Shown here in pieces: positions 11,498-21,499 of a DNA stretch of 64,000 nucleotides. Source of the DNA: Psammoneis japonica (taxonomy: Eukaryota). The translations under genes were made by a program, and so were the position numbers. Where the stretch lies: positions 186,001 through 250,000 of the forward strand of contig QPGO01000086.1 in NCBI GenBank assembly GCA_008632985.1, given 5' to 3'. The notes beneath the pieces were generated by a model, which saw nothing but the letters and a program-made list of their open reading frames with translations, had not been told where the DNA came from and made no database searches. The first letter of the stretch is position 1. Each line of letters begins with the position of its first letter.

Positions 11498-12883
11498 ATG
11501 GCAGAGCTCCTCAGCAGTACTGGTGATGGCGAAAAAGCAGCGTCGCCGCTACATGCTGAAACTATTACCGAGATTCCAGCGTCGCCTCGTCAATTCTATG
11601 AAACTTTTATTCGTAGACGCAAACCCGTCGTGCTCAAGAGTCAGGCATCGGCTGTGCTAAACAACCCTGATGTTTTGAAGCTGGATATTCCCAAGCTTCT
11701 TGATATTGTACGTCAAAATGACCAGCAAAGCAATTTGGTAGAAGTGAATCAAATATCCTCCAATTCCTTTTCGCCAACTGCCGGATCTACCGTCAGTAAA
11801 ATGCCGTTTCCAGAGTTTTGTCAAGAGTTACAGAAAAGCGACGAAACGATATGCGCTGAATATTACATGACTACTCAGACGTTTGGTACCTGTGACGAAG
11901 GACGACCGGATGTGTTTAACTGGTTGACAAAGTTGCTGCTAGAATCAAACGTTATTCCGCTTAGGCCGGATCTCTTGGGCAACCTGATTCCCATGTCGGT
12001 GGGCAATCTTTGGATGGGACGGTCATCGTCCACGGGTTTGTCTTCTTCGGGGCTGCATCACGACTTTCACGATAATCTTTATTGCCTCGTGGCGGGTTGT
12101 AAGACGATTCGGATTGCTCCACCCGATTGCGTTGTCCATCAATTTGAAATGACGGGAACCTTGCACAAGTTGTACAGCAATGGGCGCATTGTTTACAAGG
12201 AGCAGATTGGAGGAGGTCCGATACGGCCGGATGGAGCACTTGAGTCTGTGGAACGTATTGTTCAATTGGAAATACAAAAGGAAGAAATTGAACAAAAGCT
12301 AAAGGAAAATAATTGTGGCGAGAGTGACAAACAATCTCTTGAAGAAGAGCTCGATAGAATTGAAGAGGAACTCTTGGATATTGAAATGGAGAACGATGGG
12401 GATGTAAACGATGATGATGGTAGCACCGACAGCAAGGAAGAGCCATCTTTGTTTTGCGGCGATCCTGCCTCGAGTCAACAGCAACAGGATGGTGGTGACA
12501 CTGTAATCGATTCGGCTCAGGTGCAGGCCGACACTGGCGAAAATGAGAAGAACGGTGACACCTCGTCTGGATTCAAAGATAAAGAATCCAGCACACCAAG
12601 CTGCAGCAAGAAACCAAGAATCGATTCGACTCCACCAAACTTTGTGGTCCGAGAAAAGAGGCAGGATGGACAACCGCCCGTTGAATTTCAAACTCTTGTT
12701 CTGCAAGCCGGTGATGTCTTGTATCTACCCGCGGGTTGGTTTCACCAAGTATCGTCGGGGGGTGGCATTCACATGGCTTTTAATTATTGGACGCATCCAC
12801 CCGACAGTGACAGTGACTTTGACAAGCCGTACCGCTCTCATTTTTGGCAACGAGACTGGGATGCTCGGGGATTGAAATTTTGA
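11498..12883 (+). CDS. JmjC/cupin-like 2-oxoglutarate-Fe(II) oxygenase with acidic coiled-coil insertion
   Basis: NLWMG, LHHDFHDNLY (HxD), GDVLYLPAGWFHQV, AFNYW. Confidence 0.9.
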   Translation: MAELLSSTGDGEKAASPLHAETITEIPASPRQFYETFIRRRKPVVLKSQASAVLNNPDVLKLDIPKLLDIVRQNDQQSNLVEVNQISSNSFSPTAGSTVSKMPFPEFCQELQKSDETICAEYYMTTQTFGTCDEGRPDVFNWLTKLLLESNVIPLRPDLLGNLIPMSVGNLWMGRSSSTGLSSSGLHHDFHDNLYCLVAGCKTIRIAPPDCVVHQFEMTGTLHKLYSNGRIVYKEQIGGGPIRPDGALESVERIVQLEIQKEEIEQKLKENNCGESDKQSLEEELDRIEEELLDIEMENDGDVNDDDGSTDSKEEPSLFCGDPASSQQQQDGGDTVIDSAQVQADTGENEKNGDTSSGFKDKESSTPSCSKKPRIDSTPPNFVVREKRQDGQPPVEFQTLVLQAGDVLYLPAGWFHQVSSGGGIHMAFNYWTHPPDSDSDFDKPYRSHFWQRDWDARGLKF

Positions 12884-13059
12884 TACGCATTATGACAATC
12901 GCGACAATGTGGGCAACTCAACCTCGTTTTGTATATGAATACGCGAAGTTGCGAAGAATACTGTCTGCTCTAGAATGAGTCGGTGGACCGCGCATCTCTC
13001 GTGAACTCTTGAAAGGATCTAAGGTACCTCTTTTATCTGTGCAGATACGGCATTCCTCA

Positions 13060-13460
13060 CTCTTACGCTTTGGGCACGAATCGACAAGGAATAGAGACGT
13101 GCAACCTCGTCATGCGATACCCAAAAATTCTCACGACAAGATCTGGATACGGAGTAACCGAGGCTCAAATTACGGAACAAGGGAGATGGTTTGTTCTGTC
13201 GGAATGAGTGGGCAAATGTTGCTTCTGTAACGCCAGCGGTTCTCGACCGTCAGAGATAACCCCAACCCTGCGAAGCCAACAACGAATCTGCATGCGTCCA
13301 AATTGACGTCGCCATCACTACAAAGATCTTGGCGAATGTATCTAGAATCGAACAAAATGACCGCTATATAGTGACTATGAAATTTGTGTGACCAATCTTG
13401 AGATCATCGCACTGGGCTATCAATTTTTTGATACGGAGCGACGTCACCTGCTTCCATTTC
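13060..13460 (-). pseudogene. Degenerate third copy of the Cys-rich repeat downstream of the stop codon
   Basis: After TAG it reads EMEAGDVAPYQKID, then CDDLKIGHTN in a shifted frame and LVDSCPK near 13070-13090. Confidence 0.75.
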
Positions 13461-14753
13461 CTATGGAGGGTACAGTGATTCAACTTGACTACAGTTTCGA
13501 CATGCCTCACTAACGCTTTTTGGGCACGAGTCGACCAAGACACCATCAATGATGAGATATAAACGGTCATCCTCGTCTTGGCTTCCACAACACTGTAAGG
13601 ATCCAAACTTGTAATCGTTGACATCTCCTCTTGGAGGTTCTTCAGGAATTTCGCTGTATTCAAATGTTCCTTCAGATAGGAAACCATAGCAAAAGTTCCA
13701 AGGAAATGCGTTGTCTTTAAGTCCGTTTCCATCAGCAGAAACTTCCCAAACCTCGGCTACACCATAGTCGTACTCCGACTCAGGTATGTCCAGATCAAGT
13801 TTTCCATTACTGCCTAGGTCCAACTGGTAACGACTGGCGTGTGAGTCGCATGGGCGTTCATTTAAGCGACAAAGAAAGTTGTCGTTTGGCCAGTAGTAGT
13901 TTGTGTGCCCAATCTTGAGATCTTTGCATTCGGCTGGGTTATCAAGCCTTTCATATGGAGCTACGTTACATGCTTCCATTTCCTGGGAATGATCCTGTGT
14001 CTCAAACTCATCGCAACTGTGACATCCCTCACTAATGCTTTTGGGGCATGAGTCGACCAAGACGCCATCAATGATGATATAGAAACGGTCATCCTCGTCT
14101 TGGCCTCCGCAACACGCTAAGGATCCAAACTCGTAATCATTGACATCTCCGATTGGAGGTCTACCAGGAACTTCGCTGTATTCAACTTCTCCTTCAGCTC
14201 GGAAACCAAAACACAAGTCCCAGAGAAATCCGTTGTCTTTGATTTGCCCGCTTTTGTTGGCAGAAACCATCCAAACCTCGGCCGCACCATAATCTGACAC
14301 ACTCGTGTCTAGGTCGAGTTTTCCATATCTTCCAAGATCCAACTGGTAGAGACTTGTTTCTGAGTTACACGGCCGTTTATTTAAGCGACAAAAAAAGTTG
14401 TCGTTTCCCCAGTAGTAATTTGTGTGGCCAACCTTGAGATCGTTGCATTCGGCTGGGGCAAAAAGCCTTTGATATGGAGCGACCCCACAAGGGCCCGGCG
14501 TCACACTCTCTGGCGGATCGTCGATGGGCCATCCATCATTGGCGCTATCTTCATCACTATCTTGAGTAGAAGAAATAGCAATGTAGCTGATAAGGACAAG
14601 AACCACGACGACAAGGAAAACAAATAAAATAACCAAGCGACTTCTCCGTTGTTGTTGTTGTTGCGGCTGCGGTTCCAATTTGTCGACTTCCAAAGGAATG
14701 ATTCGTGCGGTTGCCCACGGGATGACGCTCTCTTCATCACTTGAGGACATCAT
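13461..14753 (-). CDS. Type II membrane protein with two tandem ~120-aa Cys-rich repeats, function unknown
   Basis: TM segment LVILFVFLVVVVLVLISYIAI; repeat C.VAPY...PAEC.DLK.GHTNYYW...DGVLVDSCPKS occurs twice. Confidence 0.85.
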   Translation of the reverse strand: MMSSSDEESVIPWATARIIPLEVDKLEPQPQQQQQRRSRLVILFVFLVVVVLVLISYIAISSTQDSDEDSANDGWPIDDPPESVTPGPCGVAPYQRLFAPAECNDLKVGHTNYYWGNDNFFCRLNKRPCNSETSLYQLDLGRYGKLDLDTSVSDYGAAEVWMVSANKSGQIKDNGFLWDLCFGFRAEGEVEYSEVPGRPPIGDVNDYEFGSLACCGGQDEDDRFYIIIDGVLVDSCPKSISEGCHSCDEFETQDHSQEMEACNVAPYERLDNPAECKDLKIGHTNYYWPNDNFLCRLNERPCDSHASRYQLDLGSNGKLDLDIPESEYDYGVAEVWEVSADGNGLKDNAFPWNFCYGFLSEGTFEYSEIPEEPPRGDVNDYKFGSLQCCGSQDEDDRLYLIIDGVLVDSCPKSVSEACRNCSQVESLYPP

Positions 14754-14959
14754 GGTGAAGTTCCTTGTTGTTACGATTGCATATGGGTAACACGGGGTCT
14801 CTCGAAGGGCAGGCGGTTCTCATTTTCAATTTTGTGTCGTTTTGTGAGTGAGAAGATAGGAGCACGTAATCAATGGTGGCGGAAGTGTCACGATTCGATT
14901 CATTCTATTTTTTTCATGTGAATGCATGTCGCATCATGATCATATCTTTTTTTCGAAAT

Positions 14960-15980
14960 TGCACCCTCCGCTCGCTGTCGGCATTTTCCATGTTGCATGT
15001 TATGTTGCCATCGTTCTGCTGCATTGATGTTGGTGGCAGCTCAACTTTTGATGGACGTTGACCTGTTAAAGAAGGGAGAGGCAACCTCAGACATGAGTGG
15101 CAACACACCAACACACAACACCAAGGACCACAAAAAGGAGCGCTGAGAAGGAATGTCATGAGTGGTGACAAAGTCTTCCAGCTCTTCTGCAAAGCCCGCA
15201 TCATCTAGCTCAAACAGCAGAACCAACCCCCGCTGGAAGGCTTCGTTGACATCGCTTCCTCTGCCGCCATTGTGCTGCAAACAGCAACGCTCTCAGACTT
15301 CCAGAAATTGTGCACAGGTGCATGAGCTGCTCCTGTGGCAGGACAATTTGTTCTGGTGACAACTTTGAACAATTGAGGTCTTTTTGGGTTAGAGAAAAGA
15401 AGTGCAAGGATTTGGTGTGCAGCTGCGGCGGGTCAGCACGACACTCCAGAGGCTCCGTTCTTGCAAACATTCTGAAGGAGAGTGGCCAGGGGAAACCAGA
15501 AAAGAAGGGGCACAGGTCTTGAATGAGCATGCCAACATTGGCGATGATGCAATGACCATCGGTGCACTGGGTCAGTCCTGTTTGTGTGACTGGGAATGCT
15601 GGAGGATGAGAAAAAGGCCTTTGAGCTTTTCAGGCATGCTTGCAACATGGGTTGTGCTCATTCTGCTGCCAACCTTGTCACCTGCTGCAACAATGGAGTG
15701 GGAGCAAAACTGCACCGAGCAATGGCCATGAAGTGAAACAAAGCAGAGGCCAAAAGAGGCTTTGCTGGTGAATGTCAGTGCAATCTTGGCAGATTGTCAA
15801 TGAGTCCTTGACCTTTGTCAAGGCCTTTGGCAGCCCATTCTTTGAGTGCTGTGAACAGTGAGGAGTTGGATGAAACAATTTGGGGCCACCAGGTTGCCAC
15901 GGGTGGTGGAAATTGATTCGAGAGACGATCCGAGGTGCACAAATCGTCTGTTGTCGTTCGCACACGTGCAGACGATTTAT
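14960..15980. other. TpA-depleted, TG/CA-rich block; probable decayed repeat
   Basis: Very few TA and reduced CG compared with flanking genes; no credible ORF. Confidence 0.6.
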
Positions 15981-16334
15981 GTGCACCGCTGGATGGAGCT
16001 GGAGGCGAGCGAGACGATGCGTTGAAGTACAGTACGGTATGAGGAGCACCGGAAGAGTGGTCATATTTCGGAGTTGATAATGGGCATAGGTGTCGAGTAG
16101 ATCAGAGGGCGAGCGTGTTTTTGAGTTATTGCATCGACTAGGTTCTGGGAACTTAGTTTAAGTTACTTTGCATGGGCAGAGAGCTGCGCATTGTAGAACT
16201 TTTCACTAAATCTTTTTATTTTTTGTCGATCGGAAGCAGATGGGATAGCTTCACGCACTGTGACTGACTTATACAACAAAATCGTCCTACAAAAGGCAGC
16301 AAAAGCATTCATACGAATCCCAAAATAAGAGCAA

Positions 16335-16880
16335 CTACACTTTATCTTCGGCCGTGTCAAGATCACCACTTAGCCCATGGTCTCGCTTGAACTGATCGAT
16401 TTCATGGATGGAATATTTTGAGCATTTGCAAATGCACCATCCGCACCAACGGTACCTCGCTTTAAGCTCTTCTACATACGCATCCGTCTTGACATATACA
16501 ATGTTACAGCAAAGCCCATTGTATAGTCCAATACGTTCGTATTTTTCCAATGGAGCATTGTAGAGAGACCTTCCCCAGAAATTGACATGCTCAACACTTT
16601 CGGGATGGCGGATAATCTTTGCAGAAATAGAGTACGAATAGTTCCAGGTGAAGATAAAGGCATTCGCAAGTAACGCAAAGGACCACCACGCATGAGGCCA
16701 CTCGTTGTTTGGTCCGCGAATTCCGAAAAAGCAACCAAAGAAAGCTCCACACTGACTCAAAAAGTAGAAAACAAGACGAAGCGTGATGTGCTTTGCATGG
16801 TAGGTGTGCGGTTTATCGCTGTCAAACGCAGGAAGATCTGACCCGTTGGTGGCTTTGGTAATGTAAGCGGCTGGTGACAT
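16335..16880 (-). CDS. Small two-TM hypothetical protein
   Basis: ORF from MSPAAYIT with two hydrophobic segments and normal composition. Confidence 0.55.
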   Translation of the reverse strand: MSPAAYITKATNGSDLPAFDSDKPHTYHAKHITLRLVFYFLSQCGAFFGCFFGIRGPNNEWPHAWWSFALLANAFIFTWNYSYSISAKIIRHPESVEHVNFWGRSLYNAPLEKYERIGLYNGLCCNIVYVKTDAYVEELKARYRWCGWCICKCSKYSIHEIDQFKRDHGLSGDLDTAEDKV

Positions 16881-17323
16881 TCTCAATAGTGGTATCGCGA
16901 ATATAGTCAAAGAGAATGTCGTTTGTTGTCGATGCGAATTTGTGAAGCACATGAAGTGAAGGTGACATTGAACATCGCACAAGGATAGTCGGCACTTCCG
17001 TGCAATGTTATGTACCGCTATTGTTCTTTACTGTTCTCGTCGTCGCGTCAGTGCGAGTTCCTGTGACGTGCGTCGTGCGTTGTATTATGCGAGTCCCGAA
17101 CACGACTCAACGGCACTTCACTTAGAACTTCCCTCCGACGCGCTCGTCACTTCTCGTCCCCATTCCTTTCTCGATACCCTTCCATTTCCAATTTGTGTGA
17201 TGACGACGCGTCTCATGAAACGCAGAAGACGTCAGGCCAGCCACTACTAGTGTATGCTGAAAGGTTTCATCCCAATTGGGACTTTCAAATAATTGCAGTG
17301 AGCGCGCAGGAGCGATCGCCGCG

Positions 17324-18463
17324 ATGAATGAGACGCAACAAGAACACGGACATGGTTGTCAACCGTCGTGGCTCTCAACAGAGTCGTATGGCTTGATCGT
17401 TTTGGTATTATCGGCCGTATTGTTTTCCGTCATGGGAACCTTTCTCAAGCTCGCGACGGACACAGGCTTACCATCCACGCAAATGGTTTTCTTTCGGGCT
17501 TTCTTTCAAGGCTCCGTGGTTGTGATTTGCGCGTGTTTTTGCAGAACCGCTCAAGGCAATCTCGTTATTACAAGACCGCTTGGTGATACACGAGAAATCA
17601 GCAAGATTGTCATATTGAGAGGTGCCATTGGAGGAATGGGGTTTTGTTTGTACTTTTTTACATTAAGCGCACTGCCTCTTGGCGATGCGATTGCGACTCT
17701 GTCCTTGTATCCAATTGCAACCATTTTCTTTGGAAGATTCTTTTTGGGAGAGCCCATCAAGTTTCTTCATGTGATTGCGGCGATTGCCAGTGTCGTTGGA
17801 ACAATATTGATTGCGAGTCCATCATTTATGTTTGGCCCACAAGAACAACAGAATAATAGCGATGTGAATCCAATTGGATACGTGACGGGTGTTTTGGGTT
17901 CATGCTTTGCGTCCGGTGTCGTGACGCTCATTCGAAAGGCAGGCATGGTGGGTGCCCATACGCTCCAACTCTTGCTTTCCTGGGCATCCTTTGGACTCTT
18001 GTTCAGCCTATTCTTTGGATTGATACCGAGTGTTGTGCTGAACAGCAATGACGACGCATCATGGCAATGGCCAAACAATTGTTGGTTGTACATTTTCGCC
18101 GCCTGCACGATTGGATCAGCGGCACACTTTATGCTCAATTACGCCGGTCGATTGACGCCCGCCAGCTTGGCAGCCATTGCACGGTCCACTGACATTTTAT
18201 GGGCCTATCTGTCTCAGGTTTGGGTCTTTGATGAAATTCCTACAAGCAGAACTTGCGTGGGCGTTTTGCTCATTTGTGCTGCCCTAGTAGTTGTCATTTG
18301 CGTTCAACGACGAGGTGTACAAGAAGAAAGCAGTGGTAATGTTCCGGTTGGAGCTGAAAAGATACCAACCCATGATTTCATCGAGGAGAATTGTCAAGTT
18401 GAAACAGGTATAGAATTGGACAGTGCAAAGGGCAAGTTAATGAACGGCTCAGCGCAGAACTAA
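17324..18463 (+). CDS. EamA/DMT superfamily transporter (SLC35G-like)
   Basis: About 10 TM segments; LRGAIG, LPLGDA, FFLGEPI, LIASP. Confidence 0.9.
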   Translation: MNETQQEHGHGCQPSWLSTESYGLIVLVLSAVLFSVMGTFLKLATDTGLPSTQMVFFRAFFQGSVVVICACFCRTAQGNLVITRPLGDTREISKIVILRGAIGGMGFCLYFFTLSALPLGDAIATLSLYPIATIFFGRFFLGEPIKFLHVIAAIASVVGTILIASPSFMFGPQEQQNNSDVNPIGYVTGVLGSCFASGVVTLIRKAGMVGAHTLQLLLSWASFGLLFSLFFGLIPSVVLNSNDDASWQWPNNCWLYIFAACTIGSAAHFMLNYAGRLTPASLAAIARSTDILWAYLSQVWVFDEIPTSRTCVGVLLICAALVVVICVQRRGVQEESSGNVPVGAEKIPTHDFIEENCQVETGIELDSAKGKLMNGSAQN

Positions 18464-18774
18464 ACGGTCTCAACGCGACACAGCGACACACCTTGTCAGC
18501 ACGCATACTCAACTGCCTACCAGGATGGGTCATTCTTCCCATGCCAATAGCGAATAAGGGGGACAAGGATTGATTATGGGGTAGGTGCACTACTTTGGAA
18601 GTCACTCTGCTACTGTCTTTGTATGTTCAATGCGAGCCACGAGTAGTTTCAGAATGTACATACGTTTATCTATGACAGGAGGTTAGTTCACCCAGTGCTG
18701 TTTTCCAACTCCGTCGTAACGGTTACATCTAACTCTGCCTTTTCCTAATCTAACTTTTAGGTCGATATCTGTAG

Positions 18775-19452
18775 CTAATCATCTGACTCGTCGTCATCGA
18801 CCTCATCTTCCAACAACAACTCATCGTCATCGAAGTCATCTTCCGACTCTTCCAACAGTAACTCATCTACTAACTCGTCGTCGACTTTATCCGCTTCCTG
18901 TTTCCCTTCTGGATCTTTTCCCCTCTGTGGTTCACCAAGCCTCCGTTTAGGGCATCTCACTGTGAATCTCTTTTGAATAATGAATCTTGTACTCCTCTTT
19001 TTAGGGGAACCGCCACAGCCGTTGCTTCCCCAGACCTCTCCGTAGACCTTCATGCTCACATCTTGTCTCCACCTGGGAAACCTGGGAAATGAACAGACGG
19101 CATCAGTAGCAATGTCGCGAAAGGGACGATCGGGGTAGTCGGAGAAAGATCTACACTTGACCGGTGGGTCGTTCCCGTTGTTTGTAGTGACGGAATGCGT
19201 CATACATTCTCTTGCTTGGCGGTACGCTCGTTCCCGAATCGTATTGGGAATGTAACTGCCTCCCAAGCCCGTTACCCTGAATTCAAAGGGCCGCACGTGA
19301 CGTGGCCGGCTGCCATAAGCTGTGGATACGGTAAGACGGTATGCCGCTTTGCAGGAGCACTTGTATGTCTTGGCGGCGCACGCCATGACAAGCAATGTGG
19401 AGAGCGACATGCGTAGGCATGAGATCCAGTTTAGGGATAGTGCAGTCTTCAT
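18775..19452 (-). CDS. Secreted Cys-rich cationic protein with RRL site and acidic tail (copy 1)
   Basis: Signal-like N-terminus; Arg-rich Cys-containing core; KRRLG followed by an Asp/Glu tail; intact paralog at 26865-27539. Confidence 0.8.
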   Translation of the reverse strand: MKTALSLNWISCLRMSLSTLLVMACAAKTYKCSCKAAYRLTVSTAYGSRPRHVRPFEFRVTGLGGSYIPNTIRERAYRQARECMTHSVTTNNGNDPPVKCRSFSDYPDRPFRDIATDAVCSFPRFPRWRQDVSMKVYGEVWGSNGCGGSPKKRSTRFIIQKRFTVRCPKRRLGEPQRGKDPEGKQEADKVDDELVDELLLEESEDDFDDDELLLEDEVDDDESDD

Positions 19453-20105
19453 TGTTCTGTTTTTTCTAAGTCACACTTGATTTAATCTTTACATCTGTTG
19501 GATGTGTGCTTTTGTAGTTTGAGCTCCGAAGCTTGCCGAAATGCAATTTTGCATCGCGTAAGCTACTGATTTTAGTGGTATATTTCACATCAAGAGTCGA
19601 CTCAAAGTCGCGATCGCGACTTTGTATCCCCATTCTAGCCAATGATGGGATAAACATGCACGAAAACGAGGAGCACTAAACCTTTGTCAATCTGCGTCAG
19701 GTATGCTATTGGTTTGAGTCTTATAATATTCTGCATCGCGAGTTGACGACTCAAAGTCGCACGAAGCGACACTTGCCACGAGCCAATTGTTGAATAGACT
19801 ACACTAGAAGACGCGATATGAAACGTTCTTTGACTAGAAGTCGCGATCGCGACATGAAACGAAATAGAATCGCACCGATGCTTAACATGATAGCAAGCTG
19901 ATTAAAGTCGCGATCGCGACATGAACGGGAAGATCAAAATTGTGGGAACAAAAAAATGTCGTAGGTCGCGGTTCTCGTGGGACTCGAAAAAGGGTCTTGA
20001 CTGTGGAAGACGGAAGGAGGGCAAGGCGAACGAGTGAAGAGGATTCTTTGTTACATGCCTGGTGCAACAAGGCGTTTCAGCCACAACAAAAGGGGCGTCA
20101 GTCGC
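19421..20105 (+). repeat. Gene-start/promoter segment, copy A (largely intact)
   Basis: Aligns with 20218-20932 and 27508-28412. Confidence 0.9.
19603..19624. promoter_or_regulatory. Perfect 22-bp palindrome CAAAGTCGCGATCGCGACTTTG, candidate cis element
   Basis: Identical at 27694-27715; core GTCGCGATCGCGAC recurs at 19840, 19907 and 28019; function is inferred only. Confidence 0.4.
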
Positions 20106-20217
20106 ATGAAGGGAAACTTGCCACGAGCAAATTGTTGAACAGACTGCACTGGAACCACTGGAAGTCACGACAGCATGAAACACGATCTTTGGCTGCTGGA
20201 AGCCACGATCATGACAC

Positions 20218-20932
20218 GAGATCCAGTTTGGGGACAGCCCAGTCGTCATCATTCTGTTTCTTCTAAGTCAAAATTGAGTGAACATTTGCATCTGACAGAT
20301 GCTTGTTTTTGCAATTTATGAGCTCCGAAGCTTGCCGAAATGCAATTTTGCATCGTGCAAGCTGTGCCACTTCAGCAAACTTTCACATCAAGAGTCAACT
20401 CAAAGCCGCGATCACGACTTTGCAACCCCATTCAATCCAATGATGGGACAAACATGCATGAAAACAAGGAGCGCCAAAGCTTTGTCAATCTGTGTTGAGC
20501 ATGCTGTTGGTTTGAGTCTGGCAATGTTCTGCATCGTGAGTTGACAACTCAAAGTTGCGCGAAGCGACACTTGCCACGAACCAGTTGTTGAATGGATTGC
20601 ACCAGAAGATGCAATGTGAAATGATCTTTGACCAGAAACTGCAATTGTGACATGAAACAAAACAGAATTGTGCTGATGCTTGACATGACAGCAGCTGCTC
20701 ATCAAGAGTTGCAATCATGGCACCATGAACAGGAAAATCAAAATTGTGTGTGAACAAAATGTCGCAGGTCACGGTTCTCGTGAGACTCAAAAAAGGGTCC
20801 TGACCAAGCAAGATGGGAGAAGGGCAAGGCAAATGAAGCAAATGAATTTCTCAGCAAAGAGAATTCTTTGCTGTGCGGCTGGTGCAACAGGTGCATTTCA
20901 GCCGCCACAACAAAAGGGGCATCTCAGTTGCA
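20218..20932 (+). repeat. Gene-start/promoter segment, copy B (TA- and CG-hypermutated)
   Basis: Colinear with copy A, with TA->TG/CA and CG->TG/CA changes throughout. Confidence 0.9.
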
Positions 20933-21499
20933 GGTGGAAACATGTCGTGTGTGAGGCTGTGTAAAAAATGCATTCTCAAGTGGAGGGAATCTCACTTTTG
21001 GATTTTTTGCTTGTCAGTCATGGCATTTTGTGGCTGTGCTGTCACCTGGGCCTGGTGTGCTTGATGGCTTCTGCTGCAGCCTCTTTTCAATGTGCTTTTT
21101 TTTCCAAATTGTGAGCTCCTCTGTCAGGGCTCTTTTTTCCAACTGATGTCCCAGATGTGTTTTTCCTCCATGGGTTTGCTGCAATGTGGGACTCTTGCCC
21201 ATGCTGCAGAGCTCATGACTGAAACTTCTCTCTGCCATTTTCCCCTCATGATCATGTCCAGATGCCATGTGTTCATCATGCTGCAATGCGGGGCTCTCTC
21301 CCCCATGCTGTGGAGCTTGTGATTGAAACTTCCCTCTGTTTTACTCTCCCCTCACGATCATGTCCACATGCCATGTTGTGCTTGTCATGGCCAACAAATG
21401 CTGCCACATGTTTCTCAAACAAAACCCAAGCTCTGCATTTGAAGGTGCTGCTGCGCTTCCACCCTGCAACTCCAGCAGCGAGCGCCAGCCCAACACACA

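Noticed and set aside
11498..12883. JmjC gene as the enzyme behind the TA process
   Set aside because: Proximity only; nothing in the sequence links it to DNA modification
19421..20932. CRISPR-like array suggested by the repeated palindromes
   Set aside because: Spacing is irregular, the inter-repeat sequence is itself duplicated, there are no cas genes and the context is eukaryotic
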